Shown here piece after piece: positions 38,200 through 47,462 of a stretch of DNA of 56,973 nt (its first letter is position 1; each line of letters begins with the position of its first letter). The notes beneath the pieces were generated by a model. That model saw only the letters and a list, made by a program, of their open reading frames with translations, ran no database searches and had not been told where the DNA came from. Position numbers and translations under genes: made by a program. The DNA lies in the IMG/VR virus record IMGVR_UViG_3300026546_000005, positions 1 to 56,973 of that record, one strand, 5' to 3'. Origin of the DNA: a virus. Taxonomy: Duplodnaviria; Caudoviricetes.

Positions 38200-38433
38200 A
38201 TGATACACATCATGAAAGTAAAAATTATAAATATTCCAAAATATTCATATGAATATTTAGTTACTAATTTTAAACATAAAGTTGAAGATGACATTACTCG
38301 TGATGAGTATCGATTAGGCATTAAAAAAAGATTAATATTAATTAAAAAAAACGATATTGTTGAACGTGCAATATTTTTTAATGGTCAAAAATCTATTGAT
38401 TTGCCTTTAAATTGGTACTCAATTATCGATTAA
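38200..38433 (+). CDS. Hypothetical protein
   Basis: Short ORF. Confidence 0.45.
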   Translation: MIHIMKVKIINIPKYSYEYLVTNFKHKVEDDITRDEYRLGIKKRLILIKKNDIVERAIFFNGQKSIDLPLNWYSIID

Positions 38434-38975
38434 TAAATATCATTAATATTATTTAATGGTATATTATTTTTATAAGTTGACGCAAGTTTTAATAACTTAT
38501 TTCCAATTTGATACGCAGATGTAACTATTTCTCCGTCAATCCATATATCACCATTTTTATCTATTGTTAATAAATTTTCATTATTTATTTGTTCATTTAA
38601 ACATGGTTCATCTACTATATTGCCATATTCATCTTTAACTGGATTTGAATAATATTGATGTGCTATATATTCAAAAAAATTAACAGGTATACTTACAGAA
38701 ATATTTTTAGTTATAAATGACGAAATGTAATTTAAATATTGTTTAATATCATATAAATCATTACTAAATTCATCTATTTTATTTAATCCAGTATGAATAT
38801 TTAAATACTCTTCAACAACATTTAATCTTGAATTTGTATTAACTTCTAAGGTATAAAATGAATTTTGTAAATCATTTATATCATTTTTTACATTTATAAT
38901 ATTCAATTCAGTTTTTAACAACTCAATTTCAGTTTTAAGTTCATTTAATTTATTTTCAATTTCAGTTATATCCAT
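38430..38975 (-). CDS. Hypothetical coiled-coil protein
   Basis: N-terminal heptad pattern. Confidence 0.55.
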   Translation of the reverse strand: MDITEIENKLNELKTEIELLKTELNIINVKNDINDLQNSFYTLEVNTNSRLNVVEEYLNIHTGLNKIDEFSNDLYDIKQYLNYISSFITKNISVSIPVNFFEYIAHQYYSNPVKDEYGNIVDEPCLNEQINNENLLTIDKNGDIWIDGEIVTSAYQIGNKLLKLASTYKNNIPLNNINDIY

Positions 38976-39073
38976 CTAAATATTAGTGTTTAATTATTAT
39001 ATTTAATATATTTTAATAGTTTAAGTAAGTATTATTAAAAAAATATATATACAATAAATATAATATTTTAATT

Positions 39074-40519
39074 GTGGCTGATAATACAAGACGCACATTA
39101 CATTTTGAAGATGGTGGAAGACCATACAATAATACTGATTTTAATGCAATACAAAATTCTATAAATGATGCACAAACTTTTTTAAATAGCATTATTAATA
39201 AAAATGGAGTATTAAAAAATAATACAACATTATATAATAAATCAGTATGGATTTTAGATGGATTTAAAAATAATAGTGGTGATTACACTTTAGGAGAATC
39301 TGGTTTAATATGGTTAGATGGAAAAATAAGATATGTCGAATATCGAGATTTTTCTAATATAAATGAAGATGCATATATTGAAGCAATAAATTCTGAAGAA
39401 AGTAGATTATATAAAGATGGTAATGTTAAAAAAGTTTTTAATGTTTATTCTGCAAAATGGTTATTATTATCAGAACTAGATACTAATAATGTGCATGCAA
39501 AATTTTCTTCTACATCTGATATAGCAAATTCAGTTTTAGATGAAAGTGCATATCTTAAATCAATAATTGCTAGACAATCTAGTACAAGTACATCTGTAAT
39601 ACCTTTAACTGGTAATATTACATTTGAAGGGAGAAATGGATTTAAAGTATATAGAGATGATAATAATGTTAAAAAATTAGTTTTAGAACAAGCAGATCCG
39701 GAAGAATTTGTACATCCACCAATTCAAAATTATTGGCAACCATTTACAGTAACAGTAAGTGCAGGTAAAATTATATCAAGTATTAGTGTAACACCTGATG
39801 ATAGATGTGCACCTAATTGTGGTCAAGGACACATTGAATCATTTAGTGTATCAACAGACAATTTTAAATTATCTAATTCTAATAGAGCTGTAACAACTGG
39901 TTCAGATGGATCACTAACAACTAGTGCTGTAACTGCAACTGAATTAGGATATTTAGATGGAGTAACTAGTTCAATACAAGATCAACTTGACGATAAACTA
40001 AATTTAACTGGTGGTAAAATTAATGGTGATTTAGTTGTCACTGGAGATTTATTTGTTGATGGTACTATTAAATCTAACGATGATATTATTGCGTTTGCTG
40101 GTGAATCAATTCCATCATTAATAAATAATAATACACAAACAGCACAAGTTCAAACAAACTGGGAAAATTTAACTGGATTTACATCTGAATACGAATCAGA
40201 TCAATACAATGTTGCTCAATATCGAATTGATTCAAGTGGTAATGTTCATTTAAAAGGAATAGTTAAACGAAAAGTTGGTAAAATAATATCCGATGAATTA
40301 TTTATAGTATTTCCTAATGAATTAAATCCATCGACAAATATTGATAGTGTTTTTAATGTTGCAAGCGTAGAATTAAAAGAATTCACATATATTAATATAA
40401 AATTTGATGGTACTAATTTTACAGGTGCTATTAAAATAATGAATAAAAATACAAATGAAGAATCTGATTATACCACAGCAATTTATTTAGATGGTATAAT
40501 ATATAATAAAATAATATAA
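39074..40519 (+). CDS. Tail-fibre-related protein
   Basis: N-terminus (L.F..GGRPYNN.DF..IQ; G..WL.GK.RYV) homologous to the 7866-12014 fibre; ELGYLDGVTSSIQ.QL fibre motif. Confidence 0.7.
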   Translation: MADNTRRTLHFEDGGRPYNNTDFNAIQNSINDAQTFLNSIINKNGVLKNNTTLYNKSVWILDGFKNNSGDYTLGESGLIWLDGKIRYVEYRDFSNINEDAYIEAINSEESRLYKDGNVKKVFNVYSAKWLLLSELDTNNVHAKFSSTSDIANSVLDESAYLKSIIARQSSTSTSVIPLTGNITFEGRNGFKVYRDDNNVKKLVLEQADPEEFVHPPIQNYWQPFTVTVSAGKIISSISVTPDDRCAPNCGQGHIESFSVSTDNFKLSNSNRAVTTGSDGSLTTSAVTATELGYLDGVTSSIQDQLDDKLNLTGGKINGDLVVTGDLFVDGTIKSNDDIIAFAGESIPSLINNNTQTAQVQTNWENLTGFTSEYESDQYNVAQYRIDSSGNVHLKGIVKRKVGKIISDELFIVFPNELNPSTNIDSVFNVASVELKEFTYINIKFDGTNFTGAIKIMNKNTNEESDYTTAIYLDGIIYNKII

Positions 40520-40531
40520 AATAAGATTGCA

Positions 40532-41023
40532 ATGAAACATTTATTAAACATACATAATATATTAGAAAATAATTCAGATGATATTTTAAACAAAATTCTT
40601 GATAAAATATCTGAAAATGATATTGATTCATTAACAGATAAAGAAAAATGGTTATTAAAAAATTACGGTAAAACAGAAAGAGATTATGATATTGAGCATG
40701 GATTAATAAATCCTGAAGATGAAGAAAAAAATAATTATCATAATGATTCAGATTCTAATGTTATAGAAGAAATTGATTGGCAATTTAGAAATGATTTATT
40801 AAATTTATGCGAGTACAATCAAATTTACGATTTAAAAAAAATGCCACAAAATTATTGGATATTATCTTTTGAATCAGATTCAAATGTTGCACAAGATGTA
40901 AGACAATTATTATTTAAATATCATAATAAAATAAGAGTTCAGCAAACTAAAAAAGATTACATAAATTTAATTGAAATAATTATTCCAGAAGAAGATGGTG
41001 AATGGTTAAATAGTAGAATTTAA
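40532..41023 (+). CDS. Hypothetical protein (DUF6576-like ILDKIS...SLT..EK motif)
   Basis: LNKILDKISENDIDSLTDKEK. Confidence 0.55.
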   Translation: MKHLLNIHNILENNSDDILNKILDKISENDIDSLTDKEKWLLKNYGKTERDYDIEHGLINPEDEEKNNYHNDSDSNVIEEIDWQFRNDLLNLCEYNQIYDLKKMPQNYWILSFESDSNVAQDVRQLLFKYHNKIRVQQTKKDYINLIEIIIPEEDGEWLNSRI

Positions 41024-41341
41024 TGTATCTATTTTTTCGCACCTAGACAACGCTTCGTTTGTTGTATTACGAATTGTATTTTCCCAATTTACATTAACTG
41101 CATCTTTATTAACACACATATTTTGTCCCTTATATTTAAATTTAATAAGAGTTGTTTTTACTTTTTCACCTGGATCATACATGTAAAAGAATCCATTAAA
41201 CATTTCACCTGATTTAATTATAAGAATAACTTCTTCAATCTCTGCTCCTTTATCTTGTAAATATTGCATATATTGTTTAGTCATATATTTAATATTTTCA
41301 GAGCCATTCCAGCCTTCATATGTAATTGGATATTCATTCAT
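41006..41341 (-). CDS. Hypothetical protein (start revised to MNEYPI)
   Basis: The longer ORF-track start runs through a terminator and tRNA-Thr. Confidence 0.55.
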   Translation of the reverse strand: MNEYPITYEGWNGSENIKYMTKQYMQYLQDKGAEIEEVILIIKSGEMFNGFFYMYDPGEKVKTTLIKFKYKGQNMCVNKDAVNVNWENTIRNTTNEALSRCEKIDTLNSTI

Positions 41342-41361
41342 ATAGTATATATTTAAAAAAT

Positions 41362-41393
41362 AAAGCACTTTAGTAAATACTAAAGTGCTTTTT
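41362..41393 (-). terminator. Terminator closing tRNA operon 3
   Basis: AAAGCACTTTAGTA/TACTAAAGTGCTTT. Confidence 0.75.
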
Positions 41394-41394
41394 G

Positions 41395-41467
41395 AGCCTC
41401 CAGGCAGACTCAAACTGCCGACCTACGGGTTACAAAGCCGTTGCTCTATCAACTGAGCTATGGAGGC
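41395..41467 (-). tRNA. tRNA-Thr(UGU)
   Basis: GCCTCCA/TGGAGGC, loop TTTGTAA. Confidence 0.9.
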
Positions 41468-41472
41468 ATTTG

Positions 41473-41546
41473 TGGGCCTTGTAAGGCTTGAACTTACGAC
41501 CCCCTGATTATGAGTCAGGTGCTCTAACCAACTGAGCTAAAGGCCC
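41473..41546 (-). tRNA. tRNA-Ile2(CAU, lysidine type)
   Basis: GGGCCTT/AAGGCCC, CCTGA-CTCATAA-TCAGG; the leader of this operon is rich in AUA and has no internal AUG. Confidence 0.85.
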
Positions 41547-41553
41547 TTAATTG

Positions 41554-41626
41554 TGGCCCGTGTGGGATTTAAACCCACGACCTATTCATTAAAAGTGAAT
41601 GGCTCTATCAACTGAGCTAACGGACC
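41554..41626 (-). tRNA. tRNA-Lys(UUU)
   Basis: GGTCCGT/ACGGGCC, ATTCA-CTTTTAA-TGAAT. Confidence 0.9.
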
Positions 41627-41668
41627 AATTATATAACATCTTTAAATAAATATTTCCAAAGATCGTTG

Positions 41669-41742
41669 TGGAGAAGGCGGGGCTCAAACCCGCGGCCTCC
41701 GCAGTGCAAGTGCGGTGCTCTAGTCAACTGAGCTACGTCCCC
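41669..41742 (-). tRNA. tRNA-Ala(UGC)
   Basis: G3:U70, CCGCA-CTTGCAC-TGCGG. Confidence 0.9.
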
Positions 41743-41748
41743 ATGTAT

Positions 41749-41781
41749 AAAAAAACCGGGTAACTTTTTGTTACCCGGTTT
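41749..41781 (-). terminator. Attenuator terminator (3:4) of tRNA operon 3
   Basis: Minus strand AAACCGGGTAAC-AAAAA-GTTACCCGGTTTTTTT, 6 nt before tRNA-Ala. Confidence 0.88.
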
Positions 41782-41804
41782 CATTGGTATTAACCACTAA
41801 AAAT

Positions 41805-41879
41805 TTAAATGAGAACACGAGTAACATGACGATATTTTATCGCCTTTTTTATTGTTGTTATTATCGTTATTGTTCTCAT
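41805..41879 (-). CDS. Attenuator leader peptide 3 MRTITIITTIKKAIKYRHVTRVLI
   Basis: 13 consecutive Thr/Ile(AUA)/Lys/Ala codons match the four downstream tRNAs. Confidence 0.9.
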   Translation of the reverse strand: MRTITIITTIKKAIKYRHVTRVLI

Positions 41880-41925
41880 ATCTTTATTATATATAGAGTT
41901 TTTTGTTTCTGTTTTATTATATATG

Positions 41926-41933
41926 CAAATATA
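41926..41933 (-). promoter_or_regulatory. TAnnTTTG promoter of tRNA operon 3
   Basis: TATATTTG on the minus strand about 46 nt before the leader ATG. Confidence 0.7.
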
Positions 41934-41957
41934 AATAAAAGTTTTAAATAAAAAAAA

Positions 41958-42650
41958 TTATTTATAAAAAAAATCATAATTTTTTTCTCCAAGCATTTGC
42001 CTATAGTATGTTATTTCTTTTTTATTTGTATTAATATTATTAAATAATATTTGTTTGTATTCGTCACGCATTTCAATATACAACACATTTGAATTAGCAA
42101 CTACACCAATAATATCATCAACAGATTCTTTTAATGATATATTATTATTTAATTTATTGTTAATTTTTTCAATAAATGTGTCATTAGTTAAATTTAGTTG
42201 TTTATCAATAAAATGTATATAAGCATCACCAGTTAATATATGTTGATAATATTCATATATGTTTGTTATTGTATTATATTCCCACGGAAAAATATTATAT
42301 GTGCATATTTTATTATTTACTCTAATTTCTTGTTCAACTTTTAAATTATATTTATTAATTAATTGAATAAATTCTTCTTTTAATGGTTCAATTGCATTTA
42401 ATATAAACCCATCTTTATTATAAATAAAAACACAATATTTAAATACATCACTTAAAATATGAAGTTTACGCGTTAATTTTGAAATTTCAACAGCAATATT
42501 AGAGTTATTCCAACTATATAATTGCTCATTTTCATAAAACAATCGTCCAGTTGGAAATGCGTATAAAATAGTTAAAGGATCAATTGGAATGTTAGAAGGT
42601 AATACCTTATTAACAATAATCCATGATCCTTTATCTGGTATTATATTCAT
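41958..42650 (-). CDS. Hypothetical protein
   Basis: 230-aa ORF, TATATTTG at 42672-42679 (minus). Confidence 0.6.
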   Translation of the reverse strand: MNIIPDKGSWIIVNKVLPSNIPIDPLTILYAFPTGRLFYENEQLYSWNNSNIAVEISKLTRKLHILSDVFKYCVFIYNKDGFILNAIEPLKEEFIQLINKYNLKVEQEIRVNNKICTYNIFPWEYNTITNIYEYYQHILTGDAYIHFIDKQLNLTNDTFIEKINNKLNNNISLKESVDDIIGVVANSNVLYIEMRDEYKQILFNNINTNKKEITYYRQMLGEKNYDFFYK

Positions 42651-42703
42651 AGTGTAATATTATTTATACTACAAATATAATAATATATTATTAAACTTAA
42701 AAA

Positions 42704-43579
42704 TTACGCACTATATTTTTCTTTTAATTTTTGAAGTTCGTTTTTAGCTTGTTCAATTTTTTTCTCATATTCTTCTTTTATTGAATTACTTCCTTTTGAT
42801 GATTTAAACATTAATAAATTAGATTGCCAATTTTTTATTTGAGATTCTAAATTTATTATTTTTTTATAAAGATTTTTATCTTCTTTATGCGCTCTATATT
42901 GTGTAAAAAAATAATCGCATGCTTCCTTAAATTGTTGGTATTGTTCATCTCTTACTTTTTTTGGCACTTCACCAATTTCTTTCCATCGTTTTTGAATATC
43001 TTTAATTTTATTAGCTATTTTTACCCAATCAGTATTATCTTTTAATTGTTCAACTTCTTCAATTAATAATTTTTTTAAATTGTAATTTGCTTGACGTGAT
43101 TCATCTAAACGTTTAAAGAAATTTTTCTTATTTTTAAAAAACTGCTTATATTTTTGCCAAAATTTTTTATTTAATTCTTTTTGTTCTTCTCTTGACATAT
43201 TTTTAACACGAACATTTTTCCAATCATTTTCAAGTGATTTTATTTCATCAGTTTTTTTATTCCAATCATCTATTCTATCAGAATCAAAAGATAAAAACTC
43301 ATCAAGTTTATTATATAATTGTATTTTTTTATTTTTATTTAATTCATTTAATGAATGATGAATACGATTTCTATTATTATAATAAATTTTCAATAACGCG
43401 CTAAAATTGTGATTTATATTTTCAACATTTGGAATTTCTCCTAAATCATACCATTTTTTTCGTATATCTTGAAATTCTTTATATTTTGAAATATTTTCAT
43501 CATTGTTTACAAATTCTCTAAGTTCATTCAAAATTTGTTTTTTAAGATTGATAATTTCTTCAACGTTTTTTACTTTCAT
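42704..43579 (-). CDS. DUF349-domain protein
   Basis: Repeats of K.IQ..WK.IG.VP......W..F...CD.FF. Confidence 0.8.
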   Translation of the reverse strand: MKVKNVEEIINLKKQILNELREFVNNDENISKYKEFQDIRKKWYDLGEIPNVENINHNFSALLKIYYNNRNRIHHSLNELNKNKKIQLYNKLDEFLSFDSDRIDDWNKKTDEIKSLENDWKNVRVKNMSREEQKELNKKFWQKYKQFFKNKKNFFKRLDESRQANYNLKKLLIEEVEQLKDNTDWVKIANKIKDIQKRWKEIGEVPKKVRDEQYQQFKEACDYFFTQYRAHKEDKNLYKKIINLESQIKNWQSNLLMFKSSKGSNSIKEEYEKKIEQAKNELQKLKEKYSA

Positions 43580-43639
43580 AGCGTTATTATTTTATATGTT
43601 ATTTTTATATTAATATTATTAATTAAAAATTAAATTTGT

Positions 43640-45154
43640 TTAAAATTGTTTGAATATATTTAAAAATTCTGATTTATTAAAATTATATTTAATATTTTTT
43701 TCATCTGTGAAACTTGATGGTGCAACAATTTTATTTACTGCATCTATATAACAAGTTGTTTTACCTTCACTTGATACTAAATATTTACCATGTACACCAG
43801 CATGTTCTAATTCACTTTTATACTTATGAACTAAAACACTATCAATTCCAAAATTTAAATAGTATGGGCTTTTTGAATATTTTTTTAATATATCATACCA
43901 TTTATAATATGGTTCATATACAGTATAATTTACACCTCTTCCTTTATTTTTAAATCCCAAAAATGTAACATTTTCAATGCGAGATTTATTAATAATATCT
44001 AAGTGTAGTGGTAAATCAGTTATTAATTCTAAAATACTTTGAATATAAATAGTTGCACTGTTGTAAATTGTTAACATTAATTTATTTACATGTGCAATTA
44101 CTAATTGTAATTCTTCTTCAGTATTTGCAGAAAATGCTAATGCGTGTATATTTTCTAAAACTCGTTGTTCCTTTTTAGTACTTCCAATATTATAATTTTT
44201 TGTTGTTAAACTAATTTTAAATTTATGCTTTTTAAATGCTGCAACAATTCTATCTAATTCAGGATGTGCTGTAGGCTCACCACCACCAATTACAACTTCA
44301 AAAACATTAGATGCTTTTAATTCAGGAATAATATTATTAATTATAAAATTAGCATCAGCATGTTGTCCATGTAAAGTTGAATTTTGATAACAATAATTAC
44401 AATTATATGAACATTTATCTGTTATTTTTAAATCTACTAAATAAGGATATGTTGATTTTTCAGGTATTAAATATGATATTGTATCATCATTTATATCATC
44501 AAATATATTATGTTGTTTATTTTTTAATTCATTTAAATCATGATTAAATATTAATTTGAACAATATTCCTTTTGTTGTAGATGAAATTGTCCATTCTTTA
44601 GTTATTGGATCTTTAATACAATACGTTTCATCAAGATATGTTAATTGATATAAAATACGTATTATTTTATCAGTATCATCATTTTTAATATGTAAAATTT
44701 TTAATGGATGTTCATGATCATCATTATCATTACCTCCTAATATAACATAGCTATTTTCAACTAATTCTTTATATAAATCTATAAAAAAATCAATTGATGG
44801 ATATTCTGGATTAGAATAATCATGTGGAATTCGTATAACACTTTGATGATCAACATATCCATCCTTAATTTTATTTAAAACTCTATTTATATTTGGTATA
44901 AATTCAGATAATTTAGATGTATTTGCACGAATAAATGCATCTTTTTCATTATATGATACATTTGCCATTAAAGTTAATAATAAATATCTTGTTTTACATA
45001 TTTTAGTTTTACATGTAAAAAAATTCCAACCAAATTCATCATAGTCATTATATTCATCAAAATAATCTATTATTGAATTATTATTAGAAAAAATAATACT
45101 ATGTGAACTTGAAGAATTACTTGCAAATCCATATCTTATAAACGTAATTATCAT
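43640..45154 (-). CDS. Radical SAM protein with N-terminal RxGFxxNSSSSHS domain
   Basis: CSYNCNYC, GGGEPT.HP, YIDAV. Confidence 0.85.
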   Translation of the reverse strand: MIITFIRYGFASNSSSSHSIIFSNNNSIIDYFDEYNDYDEFGWNFFTCKTKICKTRYLLLTLMANVSYNEKDAFIRANTSKLSEFIPNINRVLNKIKDGYVDHQSVIRIPHDYSNPEYPSIDFFIDLYKELVENSYVILGGNDNDDHEHPLKILHIKNDDTDKIIRILYQLTYLDETYCIKDPITKEWTISSTTKGILFKLIFNHDLNELKNKQHNIFDDINDDTISYLIPEKSTYPYLVDLKITDKCSYNCNYCYQNSTLHGQHADANFIINNIIPELKASNVFEVVIGGGEPTAHPELDRIVAAFKKHKFKISLTTKNYNIGSTKKEQRVLENIHALAFSANTEEELQLVIAHVNKLMLTIYNSATIYIQSILELITDLPLHLDIINKSRIENVTFLGFKNKGRGVNYTVYEPYYKWYDILKKYSKSPYYLNFGIDSVLVHKYKSELEHAGVHGKYLVSSEGKTTCYIDAVNKIVAPSSFTDEKNIKYNFNKSEFLNIFKQF

Positions 45155-45214
45155 TGTATTTTTACTTTTTGTAAATATACAATATTTTGTAATAATAAAA
45201 AAATTTTAAATGAA

Positions 45215-45469
45215 TTATTTATTTAAATATAACACTATATAATTTTTGATTATATTAATTATAGGTTGAACTCGTTTATGTTTTAACCAATCAAAACGCA
45301 AAAGATCTGACATTATGTTGTTAAAACCAGTATTTTTAATTGAAAAATATAATAATAATTCTTGTTTATTGAAATGTTTTTTTTCTTTTTCAACATGTTG
45401 TTGAACAACATGTTCTATGTCAGTAAACATTGTCATTTTAATAAAAAATTTCAGATTTTTTAACTTCAA
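45215..45469 (-). CDS. Hypothetical protein
   Basis: ORF; true start probably MTMF. Confidence 0.4.
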   Translation of the reverse strand: MKLKNLKFFIKMTMFTDIEHVVQQHVEKEKKHFNKQELLLYFSIKNTGFNNIMSDLLRFDWLKHKRVQPIINIIKNYIVLYLNK

Positions 45470-45842
45470 AATATCTAGCTAAACGTTCAATATCATGTTT
45501 TCGTTGATCTAATATTAAATTACTATTTAATTTTATTTTATCTTCATCAACAGCCCAATAACTTTGATTATTATTTAAAAAACTTAATACTACTTCATTT
45601 TCTTCAGCAGTTCCTTTATATGTAGTTAACATTAAAAAACCAATATCTAATTTTCTAGTTCTTATAACTTTAATTTTTATGCCATCTTTATATAATATTT
45701 CTTCAGTTCTATTATCCATAAAAAATAACATATTAACAAACGCTAATCTATGATTAAATTCCATATTTAACCAAAGATTTATGTCAACATTGGTTTGTTC
45801 ATTTTCAAATAAATATTTTGTAGTAAATTTCTTTAATGACAT
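45438..45842 (-). CDS. Hypothetical protein
   Basis: ORF with upstream TATATAAT. Confidence 0.6.
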   Translation of the reverse strand: MSLKKFTTKYLFENEQTNVDINLWLNMEFNHRLAFVNMLFFMDNRTEEILYKDGIKIKVIRTRKLDIGFLMLTTYKGTAEENEVVLSFLNNNQSYWAVDEDKIKLNSNLILDQRKHDIERLARYFEVKKSEIFY

Positions 45843-45955
45843 TTTATATTATATTTTTACTATTTTATTATATATAAAACTTTTGTTATAAAAAATCAAA
45901 TATTTTTTTTATTTAATTTTTTTGTATATATTTGTACTATAAAATTAATAACATT

Positions 45956-46216
45956 ATGAAATACAATAAAGAAAAATACATTAATTTTTTAATTAAATCT
46001 GTAACAAGCAAAACAGCGCACAAATATGCTAGATTATTAAAAAATTTAAATCAAAGACTTAAATTTGATTTAAATTGTAATGTTAATGATGCTAAAGAAA
46101 AATTAAAAATTATTAATGAATTAATTTCACTTAACGCATTATTACCAGTATATGCAACAGCGTGGAGAAAATTAATTGAATTTAAAATTAAACAAAAAGA
46201 AAATGATAATTCGTAA
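45956..46216 (+). CDS. Hypothetical protein (start revised to MKYNKEK)
   Basis: TATATTTG at 45927-45934 overlaps the TTG start in the ORF track. Confidence 0.55.
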   Translation: MKYNKEKYINFLIKSVTSKTAHKYARLLKNLNQRLKFDLNCNVNDAKEKLKIINELISLNALLPVYATAWRKLIEFKIKQKENDNS

Positions 46217-46412
46217 ACGATCAGATTTTTCTTCTACATTAGAATTACAATTACAGAATAAAAATAATTCTACTGACAAAAAATTATTAATTGATAATTT
46301 ACGCGAATTAGCTGATATACTTGAATCTGAAAATCCAACCATTTTAAATATTGGATTTCAAATGTCATATAAACATAACGTGCCATTTTTAATACTTGAA
46401 ATAGATGAATAA
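46203..46412 (+). CDS. Hypothetical protein
   Basis: ATG overlapping the upstream ORF end. Confidence 0.5.
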   Translation: MIIRKRSDFSSTLELQLQNKNNSTDKKLLIDNLRELADILESENPTILNIGFQMSYKHNVPFLILEIDE

Positions 46413-46701
46413 TATTATAATATTTTTACCATTTTTAATATTATATGTTACACTTTTTTATTATATTTACTATTATAATAAAAAATATAGCAACATTATG
46501 TTAAATATCATTAAAACAAGACAACGTATGCGTGAAACAAAAATAGATTTTAATAAAATTATAACATATGAAAATAACACGTTTTATGTTAAAAATAAAG
46601 AATGTAAAGATTTTACAACATTAACACTAGCGTTACAGCAAGAAATAGGATCAATTAAAGAAGACAATGTTATTATTAAATCCGTTAACGATATATTATG
46701 A
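46405..46701 (+). CDS. Hypothetical membrane-anchored protein
   Basis: N-terminal hydrophobic helix. Confidence 0.55.
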   Translation: MNNIIIFLPFLILYVTLFYYIYYYNKKYSNIMLNIIKTRQRMRETKIDFNKIITYENNTFYVKNKECKDFTTLTLALQQEIGSIKEDNVIIKSVNDIL

Positions 46702-47189
46702 TAAATGAATATTTCATATTATTAGGTGATTCAATTAATGTTGCATTAAATTGGTTAATAGTATTAACATCTATTTTTGCATTAACTGCAATAATTGTTT
46801 CTGCATCATATTTAAAAGTGTTTTCTGACTATGCAACTCCAGATAGTGCGGATGAAATAACTGGTTATAAATCATTTAAATGGTTTGTAAAATCAACAAT
46901 TGTATTATTAATTATTATATTTGTTAAAACACTAACACCAAATACTGAAGAAATGATTACGTTAAATGGTTTACATAATATTAAAATTAATAAACCATAT
47001 TTAGAATTACCAGTGCCATTAAAATATTTAAAATCTGAATTTCCAAATATTTATGGAAAAATAGATTATAATGAATCTAAAGTTGTAAATAAATTAAATG
47101 AAAAAATAAAATATCAAAATCAAATAATAGATTCATTAAAAATAGAATTAGATTCATTAAAACATTTTCAATTAACAAACTATAAATAA
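46698..47189 (+). CDS. Hypothetical membrane protein (2 TM)
   Basis: Two hydrophobic segments and a C-terminal coiled coil. Confidence 0.6.
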   Translation: MINEYFILLGDSINVALNWLIVLTSIFALTAIIVSASYLKVFSDYATPDSADEITGYKSFKWFVKSTIVLLIIIFVKTLTPNTEEMITLNGLHNIKINKPYLELPVPLKYLKSEFPNIYGKIDYNESKVVNKLNEKIKYQNQIIDSLKIELDSLKHFQLTNYK

Positions 47190-47462
47190 TACGCGCGTAT
47201 AAATAATTAAAATTAAATAGTATGAATAAAGGTCCGCCCATATAACGTATAATAATATGATATAAAATAATAATTAACTAGATAAATGAAACGTATCATT
47301 ATAATTACATTTATAGTGTTACAATATAGAATTAGATCTAAATATTTAGTAAACATATATAAAATATAGATTAATAGATTAAATATATTATAAATTAGAT
47401 ATAATAAATAAACTGTCATACTAACATGTATGATGATATATAACACTAAATATTTATACTTT

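Noticed and set aside
41342-41413. N-terminal extension of ORF 41006-41413
   Set aside because: Runs through tRNA-Thr and a terminator.
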